A stretch of 37,545 nucleotides of DNA from Methylotenera sp. (GTDB lineage Bacteria > Pseudomonadota > Gammaproteobacteria > Burkholderiales > Methylophilaceae). Below, piece by piece: positions 27,015 through 36,212 of this stretch (positions are counted from its first letter, which is position 1; each line of letters begins with the position of its first letter). The stretch lies in contig JAIYEJ010000239.1 in assembly GCA_027487055.1 (NCBI GenBank), positions 1 to 37,545 on the forward strand, given 5' to 3'. The translations under genes and the position numbers were made by a program. The notes beneath the pieces were generated by a model. It saw nothing but the letters and a program-made list of their open reading frames with translations. It ran no database searches and was not told where the DNA came from.

Positions 27015-29528
27015 TTAAATACTATTTAATAATAGCTTTGGCGCCACATTTAAGTAGCCGCGAATCACCAACCATGCTGCAAGCGGAATTAACGCCAATG
27101 CAATTGCAAACACACTTAAGGTTAAAACAGCGTTAAATTGGTATGGAATTACTAACACAAAGTGGCTTAAATAATAACTTAATCCAATAGCTACTAACAC
27201 CGCTACACTCGCGGCCACAAAAGCAATGCTTACAAATTCTGTTAGCATCATTTGCGATACTTGCTTACGTGATGCGCCAAATGCACGAAGCAAAGTGGCC
27301 TCTTGTAAGCGCACGCTACGTGTAGCCACCAGCGCGGCAAACAACACCACAATGCTTGCCAACACACAAAAACCAAACACAAAGCTCACTGCAATTGAAA
27401 GCTTGTTCATAATGTCGCGCACTTGGTTCATAATGGTTGCGACATCAATCACCGTAAAATTAGGAAACTGCTGTACTAAACGATTCAGTGCGCTATCTTG
27501 CCGAGTTGGTAAATAAAATGCAGTCATGTAACTGGCGTTAAATTTAGCTAAAGTTTCTGGTGGCGTTACTGCAAAAAAGTTTGCCCGCATGCTATCCCAC
27601 TCTACTTTGCGGATGCTGGTTACGGTAAGCGTGATTTTACTGCCAGCAATATCATAAGTGAGCGTATCACCCAGCTTAATGTTAAGCGTATTTGCAATGT
27701 CTTGCTCTATCGATAACAGCGGCGCTGCCGCTTCATCAGCGCGCCACCAACGGCCTTGTAATAGCTGGTTATCTGCTTGCATCTCTGAGGCGGATGATAA
27801 GTTAAACTCACGTGCCACCAAGCGTTTTGCACGTTCATCGGTATACATCTCGGAATTTATGGGTTGGCCATTTTTTTCAACCAACCTGCCACGTATCATC
27901 GCGAAAAGTTGCGGGTTAGCCTCGGCAGAGATTTGTTTAATAAAGCTGCTGACGGGTGCCACCTGATTTTTTTGAATATTAATAATAAATCTGTTTGGCG
28001 CATCCACAGGCAATGAAGATTGCCAAGATTGCATTAAATCCGTTTTAATCATCACCAACAGCATTAACATCATCGCAGCCAAACTAAACCCAATAATCTG
28101 TGCAATCGATAAGCCAAGTCTTCGTTTTAAATTGCCCATGCCCAAGCTAATAATAATGGGAATACTTTCAACTTGACTTGAACGATGCATCACCAATGCT
28201 AAGCCATACGCTAAACCACCAGCGACTAAGCAAATCCCAAAAATACCTGCTAAATATGCTAGCGCTAAAGTTGTGGTTTTGGCTAGCAAAAAAACCAGAA
28301 GCGTAATCACCATAATCACGGGCAAGTAGTTGAGCCAAATGCTACTGGGGTTTTGCACAAAGTTACGCCGTAAAATTTGAATGGTTGGAATATTTTTGAG
28401 CGCGCGAATGTGCGGCCACATAATAGAAAACAAAATCGCAAAGCTTAAGAGCATGCCAATGGCGATGGGCGTTAAATTTGGGGCGGGTAAGTTTTCTAAA
28501 AATAACTTACCTGCAAAATGAGCTAGACCAAATTGCACCAAGTAGCCAAGTAAGCATCCAGCTAGGCCACCAATGGCCGCTAATAGTGCTGTTTGCATTA
28601 ACATCATATGTTCTATATTGGCTTTGCTAGCACCAAAGCAACGTAATAAGGCAGCTGTTTCTTGGCTACGTGCAACATACGGCAAGCTCGCAAGTAGCAT
28701 CGCCACAATCGCCAATAGCACGCTGACCATTGCGCTTAATCCCAGAAAAACCTCGGCTTTATCTAATGCACTGCGTATCTCTGGTCGCGCGGTTTTTACG
28801 TCTTCAATACGTTCGCCACGTTGTAAATTGGGCGTTGTTATTTCAATAAATTGTTCTATTTTGTCAGCCATGCCCGCCAGTACTAATTGGTATTTAACGC
28901 GACTGCCAAATTGAATGAGTTCGGTTGCAGGCACATCTTGCATGTGCATCATCACGCGGGGAGCAAAGCTAAACATGTCGCCACCGCGTGATGGCTCGCG
29001 TAGCAAAATACCCGCAACTTTAAGTTTAATTGCGCCCAGCTCAAGTTGATCACCTAGTTTTAAATTAAGTGCATTCGCAATGCGTGGTTCTATCCATACC
29101 TCGCCAATCGCTGGACCAGCGCGTGTGTTTTGTATGGGTTTATCTGCCAAAAACTGCAAACCAAAATCACCTGTTAGCGGAAATCTGTCATCAATAGCTT
29201 TAACATCGGCTAATACATTTTTATCATTGTTAATGGCCATGCTCGCAAACTCTAGAGTTGATGCGACCTTTAGACCATAATGCTTAGCCAGGGTAATATA
29301 TTGCTGAGGAACCAAATGGTCAGCAATAATGACTGCATCCCCACCCAGCAACATGCCACCTTGGTTATTTAAGTGTGCTGAAATTCGGTTAGTAAAAAAA
29401 TTAACAGCGGTGATAGAAGTCACCGCCAATACTAAGGCCACGACCAAAATGCGTAAATCGCCCGCTTCCCATTGTGAGCGTAATTGTTGCGATGCCAATG
29501 AAAAGTTTAATAACATACGATTTAACAT
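27015..29528 (-). CDS. ybbP: ABC transporter permease, YbbP/FtsX-like
   Basis: LLGGDA, APRVMM, LLRCFGAS, PNRFIINIQ, REFNLS, RKVEWDSMRANFF. Start placed at the ATG overlapping the ybbA stop. Confidence 0.9.
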   Translation of the reverse strand: MLNRMLLNFSLASQQLRSQWEAGDLRILVVALVLAVTSITAVNFFTNRISAHLNNQGGMLLGGDAVIIADHLVPQQYITLAKHYGLKVASTLEFASMAINNDKNVLADVKAIDDRFPLTGDFGLQFLADKPIQNTRAGPAIGEVWIEPRIANALNLKLGDQLELGAIKLKVAGILLREPSRGGDMFSFAPRVMMHMQDVPATELIQFGSRVKYQLVLAGMADKIEQFIEITTPNLQRGERIEDVKTARPEIRSALDKAEVFLGLSAMVSVLLAIVAMLLASLPYVARSQETAALLRCFGASKANIEHMMLMQTALLAAIGGLAGCLLGYLVQFGLAHFAGKLFLENLPAPNLTPIAIGMLLSFAILFSIMWPHIRALKNIPTIQILRRNFVQNPSSIWLNYLPVIMVITLLVFLLAKTTTLALAYLAGIFGICLVAGGLAYGLALVMHRSSQVESIPIIISLGMGNLKRRLGLSIAQIIGFSLAAMMLMLLVMIKTDLMQSWQSSLPVDAPNRFIINIQKNQVAPVSSFIKQISAEANPQLFAMIRGRLVEKNGQPINSEMYTDERAKRLVAREFNLSSASEMQADNQLLQGRWWRADEAAAPLLSIEQDIANTLNIKLGDTLTYDIAGSKITLTVTSIRKVEWDSMRANFFAVTPPETLAKFNASYMTAFYLPTRQDSALNRLVQQFPNFTVIDVATIMNQVRDIMNKLSIAVSFVFGFCVLASIVVLFAALVATRSVRLQEATLLRAFGASRKQVSQMMLTEFVSIAFVAASVAVLVAIGLSYYLSHFVLVIPYQFNAVLTLSVFAIALALIPLAAWLVIRGYLNVAPKLLLNSI

Positions 29529-30211
29529 TAATCGGCAGTCAATTTGCCAAGTTGCAACGTTAATGTTCGATTGCAACGCAGTGCCAATTGTTTATCGTGA
29601 GTGACCAAAATAAGTGTGGTATTGGCTTGCTTGTTTAAAGTAAACAGCAAATCAATAATGCGTTCTCCAGTGGCAATATCTAGGTTTCCTGTGGGCTCAT
29701 CAGCAAACAAAATTGCTGGTTTTGGCGCAAAAGCTCTGGCAATGGCCACCCGTTGCTGCTCACCACCAGATAATTGTTTTGGGTAATGATACATGCGCTC
29801 GGCTAAATTGACTTTTTGTAGCGTATCAATAGCCAGTTGTTTTGCATCTTTTCTGTTGGCTAATTGCATGGGTAGCATCACGTTTTCTAATGCAGTCATG
29901 GTGGGCAATAGCTGAAACGACTGAAACACAAAGCCCATTTGCGCGCCACGTATCGCGGCGCGCGCATCTTCATCTAAGTAGCTAAATGGCTTGCCCGCAA
30001 CATCTACCACGCCGCTAGTTGGTACATCTAACCCTGCCAATAATGCTAATAAGGTAGATTTGCCTGAGCCTGAACTCCCCACGATTGCGACACTCTCACC
30101 TTGCGCAACTTCTAAACTCAATTCATTCAAAATTTCAATTTTATTGGTGCCTTCACCTACGTGCTTGCTTAAGTTTGTGGCTAAAATAGCACTAGCATTT
30201 TTATTTAGCAT
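29528..30211 (-). CDS. ybbA: ABC transporter ATP-binding protein
   Basis: [34 protein letters not shown]; sits divergent from tesA as in the known ybbA/ybbP/tesA locus. Confidence 0.92.
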   Translation of the reverse strand: MLNKNASAILATNLSKHVGEGTNKIEILNELSLEVAQGESVAIVGSSGSGKSTLLALLAGLDVPTSGVVDVAGKPFSYLDEDARAAIRGAQMGFVFQSFQLLPTMTALENVMLPMQLANRKDAKQLAIDTLQKVNLAERMYHYPKQLSGGEQQRVAIARAFAPKPAILFADEPTGNLDIATGERIIDLLFTLNKQANTTLILVTHDKQLALRCNRTLTLQLGKLTAD

Positions 30212-30283
30212 ACTTTTATTTAGTTGATGCGTTAGTATTAACATAGATTCAGCTTCGATTCCAGAGTCAGAAAGTACCATATC

Positions 30284-30937
30284 ATGCGTTCTCGTTTTAA
30301 AAGTTTAGTTCGTTTTTTTACTGCATTTAGTGTGCTTATGTACACTTTGGTTGCAATGCATGTTAGCGCTGCAAATCTAGCTAAGCCGCAAACCATTGTT
30401 ATCTTTGGTGATAGTTTATCTTCTGCATACGGTATAACATTAGATGAGGGCTGGGTGAGCTTATTGCAACAGCGCCTAATAAAACAAAAAAGTAATTACC
30501 AAGTGGTTAATGCCAGCATTTCTGGTGAAACCACTAGCGGCGGCTTAAGCAGATTTTCTGATATGTTAAAAACGCACAAGCCAAATATTGTGATAATTGA
30601 GTTAGGGGGTAACGATGGCTTGCGCGGTTTAAGTGCGGATGAAACTTTTAAAAACTTAAACGCGATGATTCAACAAGCAAAAAAAAATAAGGTCAAGGTG
30701 TTGCTTCTTGGCATGAAAATCCCACCCAATTACGGCTTTAAATACAGCCAACAATTTAGTGAAAACTACCAAACCCTTGCAAAAAAACACGAGGTACCAC
30801 GAGTACCATTTTTTTTAGAAGGGGTTGCTGGTAACCCAAATTTAATTCAAGCAGATGGCATACACCCAACTGCTAAGGCGCAGCCCCAATTGCTAGAAAA
30901 TGTATGGCCAACAATGATACAAATGCTCAAACAGTAA
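30284..30937 (+). CDS. tesA: Arylesterase / acyl-CoA thioesterase I (SGNH hydrolase)
   Basis: GDSLS, NASISGETT, ELGGNDGLRG, DGIHP. Confidence 0.93.
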   Translation: MRSRFKSLVRFFTAFSVLMYTLVAMHVSAANLAKPQTIVIFGDSLSSAYGITLDEGWVSLLQQRLIKQKSNYQVVNASISGETTSGGLSRFSDMLKTHKPNIVIIELGGNDGLRGLSADETFKNLNAMIQQAKKNKVKVLLLGMKIPPNYGFKYSQQFSENYQTLAKKHEVPRVPFFLEGVAGNPNLIQADGIHPTAKAQPQLLENVWPTMIQMLKQ

Positions 30938-30972
30938 TGCTAACTTTTGCAAATTTGTAATGATTTATGGCG

Positions 30973-31045
30973 AATTTTAATGCAAGCGAAAAACAATGCT
31001 ATGGCAGTTAGTACCAGAGAGGATCCCAGAGCATCTGTTTTATGT
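30973..31045 (+). repeat. Dispersed intergenic repeat copy D (core inverted)
   Basis: aattttaatgcaagcgaaaaacaatgc-tatggcagtt-AGTACCAGAGA-ggatcccaga-gcatctgttttatg. Confidence 0.75.
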
Positions 31046-31136
31046 ATATATAAAATCGCATTTTAAAAAGCAATTATAAGGAATGTTTTTGACTATTGTT
31101 AGTCAATTAGTTACTATTTTCGAAAAGATTTTAATC

Positions 31137-31478
31137 GTGAAAAACTTACGCACAGCATTGTTTTTATATTTCTCAATTTCACAAACTATGGTGGCAAAAG
31201 CGGCAGATTTTTCATCTTACATTGCAATGCCGTATGCCGAGGCGAGGCAATTGTTGATAAAAGATGGCTGGCACGTGGTGCGCAACCCAAAAATTGAAGA
31301 AAGCAGCATGTTTGCGCAAAATCTACATGCATCGCAATTTGAGGAGGTGCAAGATTGCATCTCGATGGAGCGTGATCAATGCGAGTTTATATTAGCAAAA
31401 GGTAAACAAGCGATTGTGGTGACAACTAAAGATAAAAACTTTACAGTTGAATCGATTAAAAAAGCCAAATTAAACTAA
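31137..31478 (+). CDS. Hypothetical secreted protein
   Basis: Signal-like N-terminus from the GTG at 31137 (alternative start 31083); MPYAEARQLLIKDGW...C-x6-C motif. Confidence 0.6.
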   Translation: MKNLRTALFLYFSISQTMVAKAADFSSYIAMPYAEARQLLIKDGWHVVRNPKIEESSMFAQNLHASQFEEVQDCISMERDQCEFILAKGKQAIVVTTKDKNFTVESIKKAKLN

Positions 31479-32338
31479 ATTAATTCCTCAACATGCATTT
31501 TAATATTTGCCGCAATTTTTTTGGTGGGTAGGTCGTTGTCATCGCTTCCAAATGGATCTTCAATTTCTTCGGCAATCAGCTCTAAACTCGCCAACACATA
31601 AAAAATAAATACCACCACAGGTATTACGTAATAACCCAAGCTAAACACTAAGCCAAACGGCAGCGTCATAATATAAAAGAAAATAAATTTTTTAATAAAC
31701 GAGCTATAAGAATAAGGAATAGGCGTATTTTTAATGCGCTCGCACGCTCCGCAAATGTCGCTAAACGATTGCAGCTCGGCATTTATAATATAAAACTGCT
31801 CACCGGTGATTTTGCCAGAGGTGTATAAATCGTTAGCTTTATGAAATAAAATTTTAGCTACTTGGTTTGGGCTATGTTTGTGTTGATCTAGCGTTAAATC
31901 TAGGCCTTCAAACAGTTCTTGACTCAATTGCTCATTCAATAAATGTTTAGAAAGCACCGATGCAAAAGCGGGAATGGATTTTCTAAAAAAGGCACGATCG
32001 GCCTCAACCGATAAATAAGCAGAAAGCTTAAGCGCAAGGTTGCGGCTATTATTCACTAAAGCGCCCCAGAGCTTGCGGCCTTCCCACCAGCGCTCGTAAG
32101 CGGTATTGGTGCGGTAAGCTAATAATAACGAAAGCACAAAGCCAACCGTGGTGTGCATCAGCGGAATGTTTTTTACATGGCTATTATCAGCAAGTTGCCA
32201 AAACTCAATTTCTAAATATGCAATACCCGCCGAGTAAAGACCGATCAGTATCATCATAGGAATGAGTTGCCGAAAGGTATCGGACTCGTGAAAACGGAAG
32301 ATAAATGTTAGCCAATCTTTTGGGTTGTATTTAACCAT
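31475..32338 (-). CDS. Bestrophin family ion channel (YneE-like)
   Basis: YRTNTAYERWWEGRKLWG, CERIKNTPIPYSY, EEIEDPFG...NDLP. Confidence 0.92.
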   Translation of the reverse strand: MVKYNPKDWLTFIFRFHESDTFRQLIPMMILIGLYSAGIAYLEIEFWQLADNSHVKNIPLMHTTVGFVLSLLLAYRTNTAYERWWEGRKLWGALVNNSRNLALKLSAYLSVEADRAFFRKSIPAFASVLSKHLLNEQLSQELFEGLDLTLDQHKHSPNQVAKILFHKANDLYTSGKITGEQFYIINAELQSFSDICGACERIKNTPIPYSYSSFIKKFIFFYIMTLPFGLVFSLGYYVIPVVVFIFYVLASLELIAEEIEDPFGSDDNDLPTKKIAANIKMHVEELI

Positions 32339-32440
32339 TTTTGTTGCCTATTAAAGAGTTTGAAGCGAGTATATCACGACATGAATTATGGGTTGATGCG
32401 TGTTTTTTAGCTTAGCGTAATAAATGAATAAAGTTAAACA

Positions 32441-32537
32441 CATTTTAATACGAGCTAAAGAATAATGAGCTGGAAGCCCTCTGGTATTGGCTAGTAGAGC
32501 ATCTGATTTAATGTTGGTAAATTTTACTGATATTTTT
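32441..32537 (+). repeat. Dispersed intergenic repeat copy E (overlaps the 3' end of the oxidoreductase gene)
   Basis: cattttaatacgagctaaagaataatga-gctggaagcc-CTCTGGTATT-ggctagtaga-gcatctgatttaatgttggtaaattttactgatattttt. Confidence 0.75.
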
Positions 32538-34139
32538 GTGTGGTTTCGTGCGTAAATCTTTTAAAATTTCACGCGCAGCACTTCTACCTGGGATCCCCGT
32601 GACACCGCCACCAGGGTGAGTACCTGAGCCACACAAATAAAGCATGGGTACAGGCGTTCTGTAGTCTGCATAGCCTGGCACTGGGCGCATCGTAAAAATT
32701 TGGTCACTCGTGAGTGAGCCATGAAAAATATCTCCCCCAGTTAAACCTATTTTTTGTTCTAAATCTTTTGGTGTTAATACTTGGCGCCCAATAATCGAAC
32801 GGGAAAAATTTGGTGCATATTGCGTCATGGTTTTTATTGCGATATCAGCCGCTTCTTCGCGACATGCATCCCAATCGCGATCATCAGACAAGGTTTGATG
32901 AAAATGCTGGCAGAATAAACTCGCCACATGTTGCCCTTTAGGCGCAAGTGTAGGATCTACAGTTGAGGAAATCCACATCTCTATTGCGGGTTGTTTTGCC
33001 CAGCCACCATTTTTTGCGTCGTCATAAGCCTTTTCTAAATACGCAAGAGAAGGCGAAATTAATACAGAGCCCCCATGATGAACCCCCTGTGTTTTGCCTG
33101 GCAAACAAGTAAAATCTGGCAGTTCAGATAGCGCAACATTCATACGTAATGTGGCGGAATGACTACGATAACGCGAAACGGTATTGCGGAATTCATCGGG
33201 CAAAAGTTCGGGTGCAACGAGTTTTTCATATAGTACTTTTGGCGTGGTATTTGCCACTACGCGCGTTGCGTCTATTTCGCGACCGTCTTTAAGGATAATC
33301 CCACATGCGATTCCACCCTTTGTTTTTATTGAAGCAACAGGCGCATTTACTTCAATAACTGCGCCAGCAGCTTTTGCAACTTTTGCAATCGCATCACTTA
33401 CCGCGCCCATGCCGCCTATCGCATGCCCCCATAAACCTTGCTTTGAATTGGTTTGGCCAAAACTGTGGTGCAATATCACATATGCACTGCCAGGCGCGCT
33501 TGGGCTTTGAAACGTGCCTACCGAAGCTAAATAGCCATATCCACCACGTATCGCGCCACCTTTAAAATATTGATTAAGAAAATCAGCAGCTGACATGGTC
33601 ATTAATCTGGCTAACGTAGATTGCGCGCGTGCAGAAAAATGTCTTAATTGCAGGCCAGCGCTTATGGTGGTAAATAAATCTTGATAACCGCCGCCTAAAT
33701 TTGGTGGGGTGCGATGCATAAGCTCACTCACAGCGCCAATAACTTCTTGTAAATCGTTATTCATTCGTATGTATCCAGCACCATCTCCTGAACACAATTT
33801 TTCTAACTGCTTGATATAGTTACCATCATTACCAGTTTCGTCCAATAAATATTTGCCATTAGTTAATGGCATAAAGTCACCAGCAGGGCGGCTCACAATT
33901 TTTAAGCCTGCATCAACCAGCGCTAGCTCAGATACCACTTTTGGACTAAGCATACCAACAAGATAAGATGCGGTAGAGTTTCTAAACCCTGGACAAAATT
34001 CCTCAGTCACGGCAGCACCACCTATCACATGCCGCGCCTCAAAAACGCCAACACTCAGGCCTTTTTTAGCGAGATAGGCTGCGGTAGTGAGCCCGTTATG
34101 ACCTGCTCCAATAATCACAATATCAAATTTATTGGCCAT
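32508..34139 (-). CDS. FAD-dependent oxidoreductase, phytoene desaturase / PYROXD2-like family
   Basis: IGAGHNGL, GGAAVTEE, GGMGAVS, GGDIFHG, LYLCGSGTHPGGGVTG. Confidence 0.88.
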   Translation of the reverse strand: MANKFDIVIIGAGHNGLTTAAYLAKKGLSVGVFEARHVIGGAAVTEEFCPGFRNSTASYLVGMLSPKVVSELALVDAGLKIVSRPAGDFMPLTNGKYLLDETGNDGNYIKQLEKLCSGDGAGYIRMNNDLQEVIGAVSELMHRTPPNLGGGYQDLFTTISAGLQLRHFSARAQSTLARLMTMSAADFLNQYFKGGAIRGGYGYLASVGTFQSPSAPGSAYVILHHSFGQTNSKQGLWGHAIGGMGAVSDAIAKVAKAAGAVIEVNAPVASIKTKGGIACGIILKDGREIDATRVVANTTPKVLYEKLVAPELLPDEFRNTVSRYRSHSATLRMNVALSELPDFTCLPGKTQGVHHGGSVLISPSLAYLEKAYDDAKNGGWAKQPAIEMWISSTVDPTLAPKGQHVASLFCQHFHQTLSDDRDWDACREEAADIAIKTMTQYAPNFSRSIIGRQVLTPKDLEQKIGLTGGDIFHGSLTSDQIFTMRPVPGYADYRTPVPMLYLCGSGTHPGGGVTGIPGRSAAREILKDLRTKPHKNISKIYQH

Positions 34140-34196
34140 AAAACCCTCATGTCATTAACTAAAAATAGAACTTATTAAAATAAAATTATAAACAAG

Positions 34197-34214
34197 CTGT
34201 ACGTACAGACAGTT
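34197..34214. promoter_or_regulatory. Palindromic operator candidate between the divergent oxidoreductase and TetR genes
   Basis: Perfect palindrome CTGTACGTACAG (34197-34208) followed by a further ACAG, in an AT-rich divergent promoter region. Confidence 0.55.
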
Positions 34215-34260
34215 TATTTTACACTATAATTATTATCAGTTTAAAATAAAGAGAAATTAA

Positions 34261-34869
34261 TTGCTGAGTAAAAAATCAAAAGATTTAAGGATTGTGCGCG
34301 GAGAGGATTCGCGTCGTTGTCTAGTGCAAGCTGCAATCACAGCCGTTGCTCAATATGGCTTAGCTGCCACAACGTTAAATGTAGTGGCCAAGATTGCTGG
34401 CGTATCAAGAACCCTCATTGGTTTTCATTTTTCATCAAAAGAACAGTTATTAGATGCAGCGTTAGAAAGTGCGTTAGATACTTATGATAAAAGTTTGAGA
34501 AAGTATCTTGCTCAAATTAACGTTGATTCACAAATACAAATTGAAGGGCATATTCTTCATGATATGTATTTTGCAGCCAAGCATAGTGAGCTTTTATCGC
34601 TTTGGTTTGCAAATTGGGGTGAAGTGCGTGCGACAAAAAAATATCGCTTGAGTTTGTTGCCAATAGATAACAAATATCGCAATGAAATTGCAGAAAATTT
34701 AAATAATCTATTTAAAGATTCACAATTATCTATGCAGCGAGCTATTATGGTAGATAATTTTATTTATGGGGTTTGGCTAGAATGCCATCTAAATCCTGAA
34801 GATTTTGATTTAGAACAGTATTTATTAGTGGCAAAAAATTTTAACGAGCTAGTAGCTACAAAGCGCTAG
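34261..34869 (+). CDS. TetR family regulator (BetI-like)
   Basis: HTH TTLNVVAKIAGVSRTLIGFHFSSKEQL; C-terminal GVWLE; TTG start. Confidence 0.85.
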   Translation: MLSKKSKDLRIVRGEDSRRCLVQAAITAVAQYGLAATTLNVVAKIAGVSRTLIGFHFSSKEQLLDAALESALDTYDKSLRKYLAQINVDSQIQIEGHILHDMYFAAKHSELLSLWFANWGEVRATKKYRLSLLPIDNKYRNEIAENLNNLFKDSQLSMQRAIMVDNFIYGVWLECHLNPEDFDLEQYLLVAKNFNELVATKR

Positions 34870-34937
34870 TAAAGTAAAATAAAGAATCATGATTTATAGG
34901 GGCAACATTTTACACTTTTTTACTTAAGGGGATTGTA

Positions 34938-35159
34938 ATGAAGCACGTACTTTTATTTGCAGCAATTGTTTTCGTTAGTGCACCTGCCTTTGCAGCAAAA
35001 CCTTGTGAAGAGCTAAAAGCAGAAATCGAAAAAAAGCTCGAAGCAAAAGGAGTTAAAGATTACTCGTTAGAAGTTGTTGAAAATGCTGATGTAGCAGACC
35101 AAAAAGTAGTTGGTAGTTGCGATGGTGGCACTAAAAAGATTGTCTACGCTAGAAAGTAA
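34938..35159 (+). CDS. DUF1161 (YnfD-like) small secreted protein
   Basis: Signal peptide; CEELKAEIEKKL...VVGSCDGGTKKIVYAR; AAGGGGA RBS. Confidence 0.85.
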   Translation: MKHVLLFAAIVFVSAPAFAAKPCEELKAEIEKKLEAKGVKDYSLEVVENADVADQKVVGSCDGGTKKIVYARK

Positions 35160-35463
35160 CTAACTAAGCGAAACGCAGGGAAAAAAATATAGCGGAACTT
35201 TTTTAAATAAAACAGCATTATTGCAATTGCTGTAACACTCATATTGCTCAAGTCATTGACCTTACGTATTGGTTTTCACTCATGAATAACCAGCTGTAGC
35301 ACGTATATTCTGCGGGGATGGTCTTTACGGTTGATAGAGTATCTAATTGATATGCTATATAAACTGAACTAAAAAACACTTAAACGTACTAAATGGCCTT
35401 AGATAAGGTATTACACCAAAAATGTAAAACTTATATGTAGCCAAAAGCCACTTTTAGGAGTTA

Positions 35464-35871
35464 ATGATGCGTTTTTTTAGTTATTTATCAATATTAAGTT
35501 TTTTATTTATCAGTTTTTCTGCCACTGCCAATACAACACCCAAGCAAGTTGATATACAAAGTTTGTCGTTACAAAAATCATATCTTCAAACCATAGATTG
35601 TCGTTCGCCCAAAAGACTCGCTGGAATGTTAAGTTCTGCGCTTAAAAACGCGGATAACTACAATGCAAAAGCAAATAATGCAGGAGTGTTTGAAGAAATT
35701 ATCATCAATAATCCGTCTTGTTTTATTCAGGCACTTAATACTTTACCGCAAAAAAAATGCCTGCAAGTGGAAGATGCTTTTATCAATGAAACTTTCTTTT
35801 ACCCACGCAACGAGATTAAAAGTGCGTTACAAAATGCCACAAACTATAGCAAAAGCTGTATCGCAAGTTAA
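35464..35871 (+). CDS. Hypothetical secreted protein with four Cys
   Basis: AGGAG RBS; signal peptide; 135 aa. Confidence 0.65.
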   Translation: MMRFFSYLSILSFLFISFSATANTTPKQVDIQSLSLQKSYLQTIDCRSPKRLAGMLSSALKNADNYNAKANNAGVFEEIIINNPSCFIQALNTLPQKKCLQVEDAFINETFFYPRNEIKSALQNATNYSKSCIAS

Positions 35872-35913
35872 TTAAGTAGAAATTAAAGTTAAGTACAAAA
35901 CTTAACGGGATTA

Positions 35914-36174
35914 TTATTTAAATAAATCGTCCAGTGGGTTTTTACCACCGCTTGAAGGTTTTGCACTAACGCTTATTGCGGTGAGTTCTTCTTCGATATT
36001 GTCGCGATAAAAACTCCATTGTGCGCCCGCGCTTTTAAAGCGGTTCCACATTTCCGCGCTCACATTGGCGTATTCTAAAGCATTGCCGCAATCTAGCTCT
36101 ACACGCAAAGTGCGGGTGTTGGCCTCATAGCCTATTGCGCGTAATTTACCTGCACTTATTTTTGTCATTTCCAT
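35914..36174 (-). CDS. KTSC domain protein
   Basis: ISAGKLRAIGYE...TLRVEL..G...EYANV...W..F......FYRDNI pattern. Confidence 0.8.
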   Translation of the reverse strand: MEMTKISAGKLRAIGYEANTRTLRVELDCGNALEYANVSAEMWNRFKSAGAQWSFYRDNIEEELTAISVSAKPSSGGKNPLDDLFK

Positions 36175-36212
36175 GATGTAATCATTTCCATATGCTAAGC
36201 CTCGTTAAAATC

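Noticed and set aside
22372-32537. Dispersed repeats as integron attC sites
   Set aside because: No RYYYAAC/GTTRRRY ends, flanking genes lie in mixed orientations, and there is no intI.
35236-35300. Purine riboswitch (CACTCATAT start)
   Set aside because: The downstream conserved core (ATATGG, TTTCTACC, CCGTAAA) is absent.
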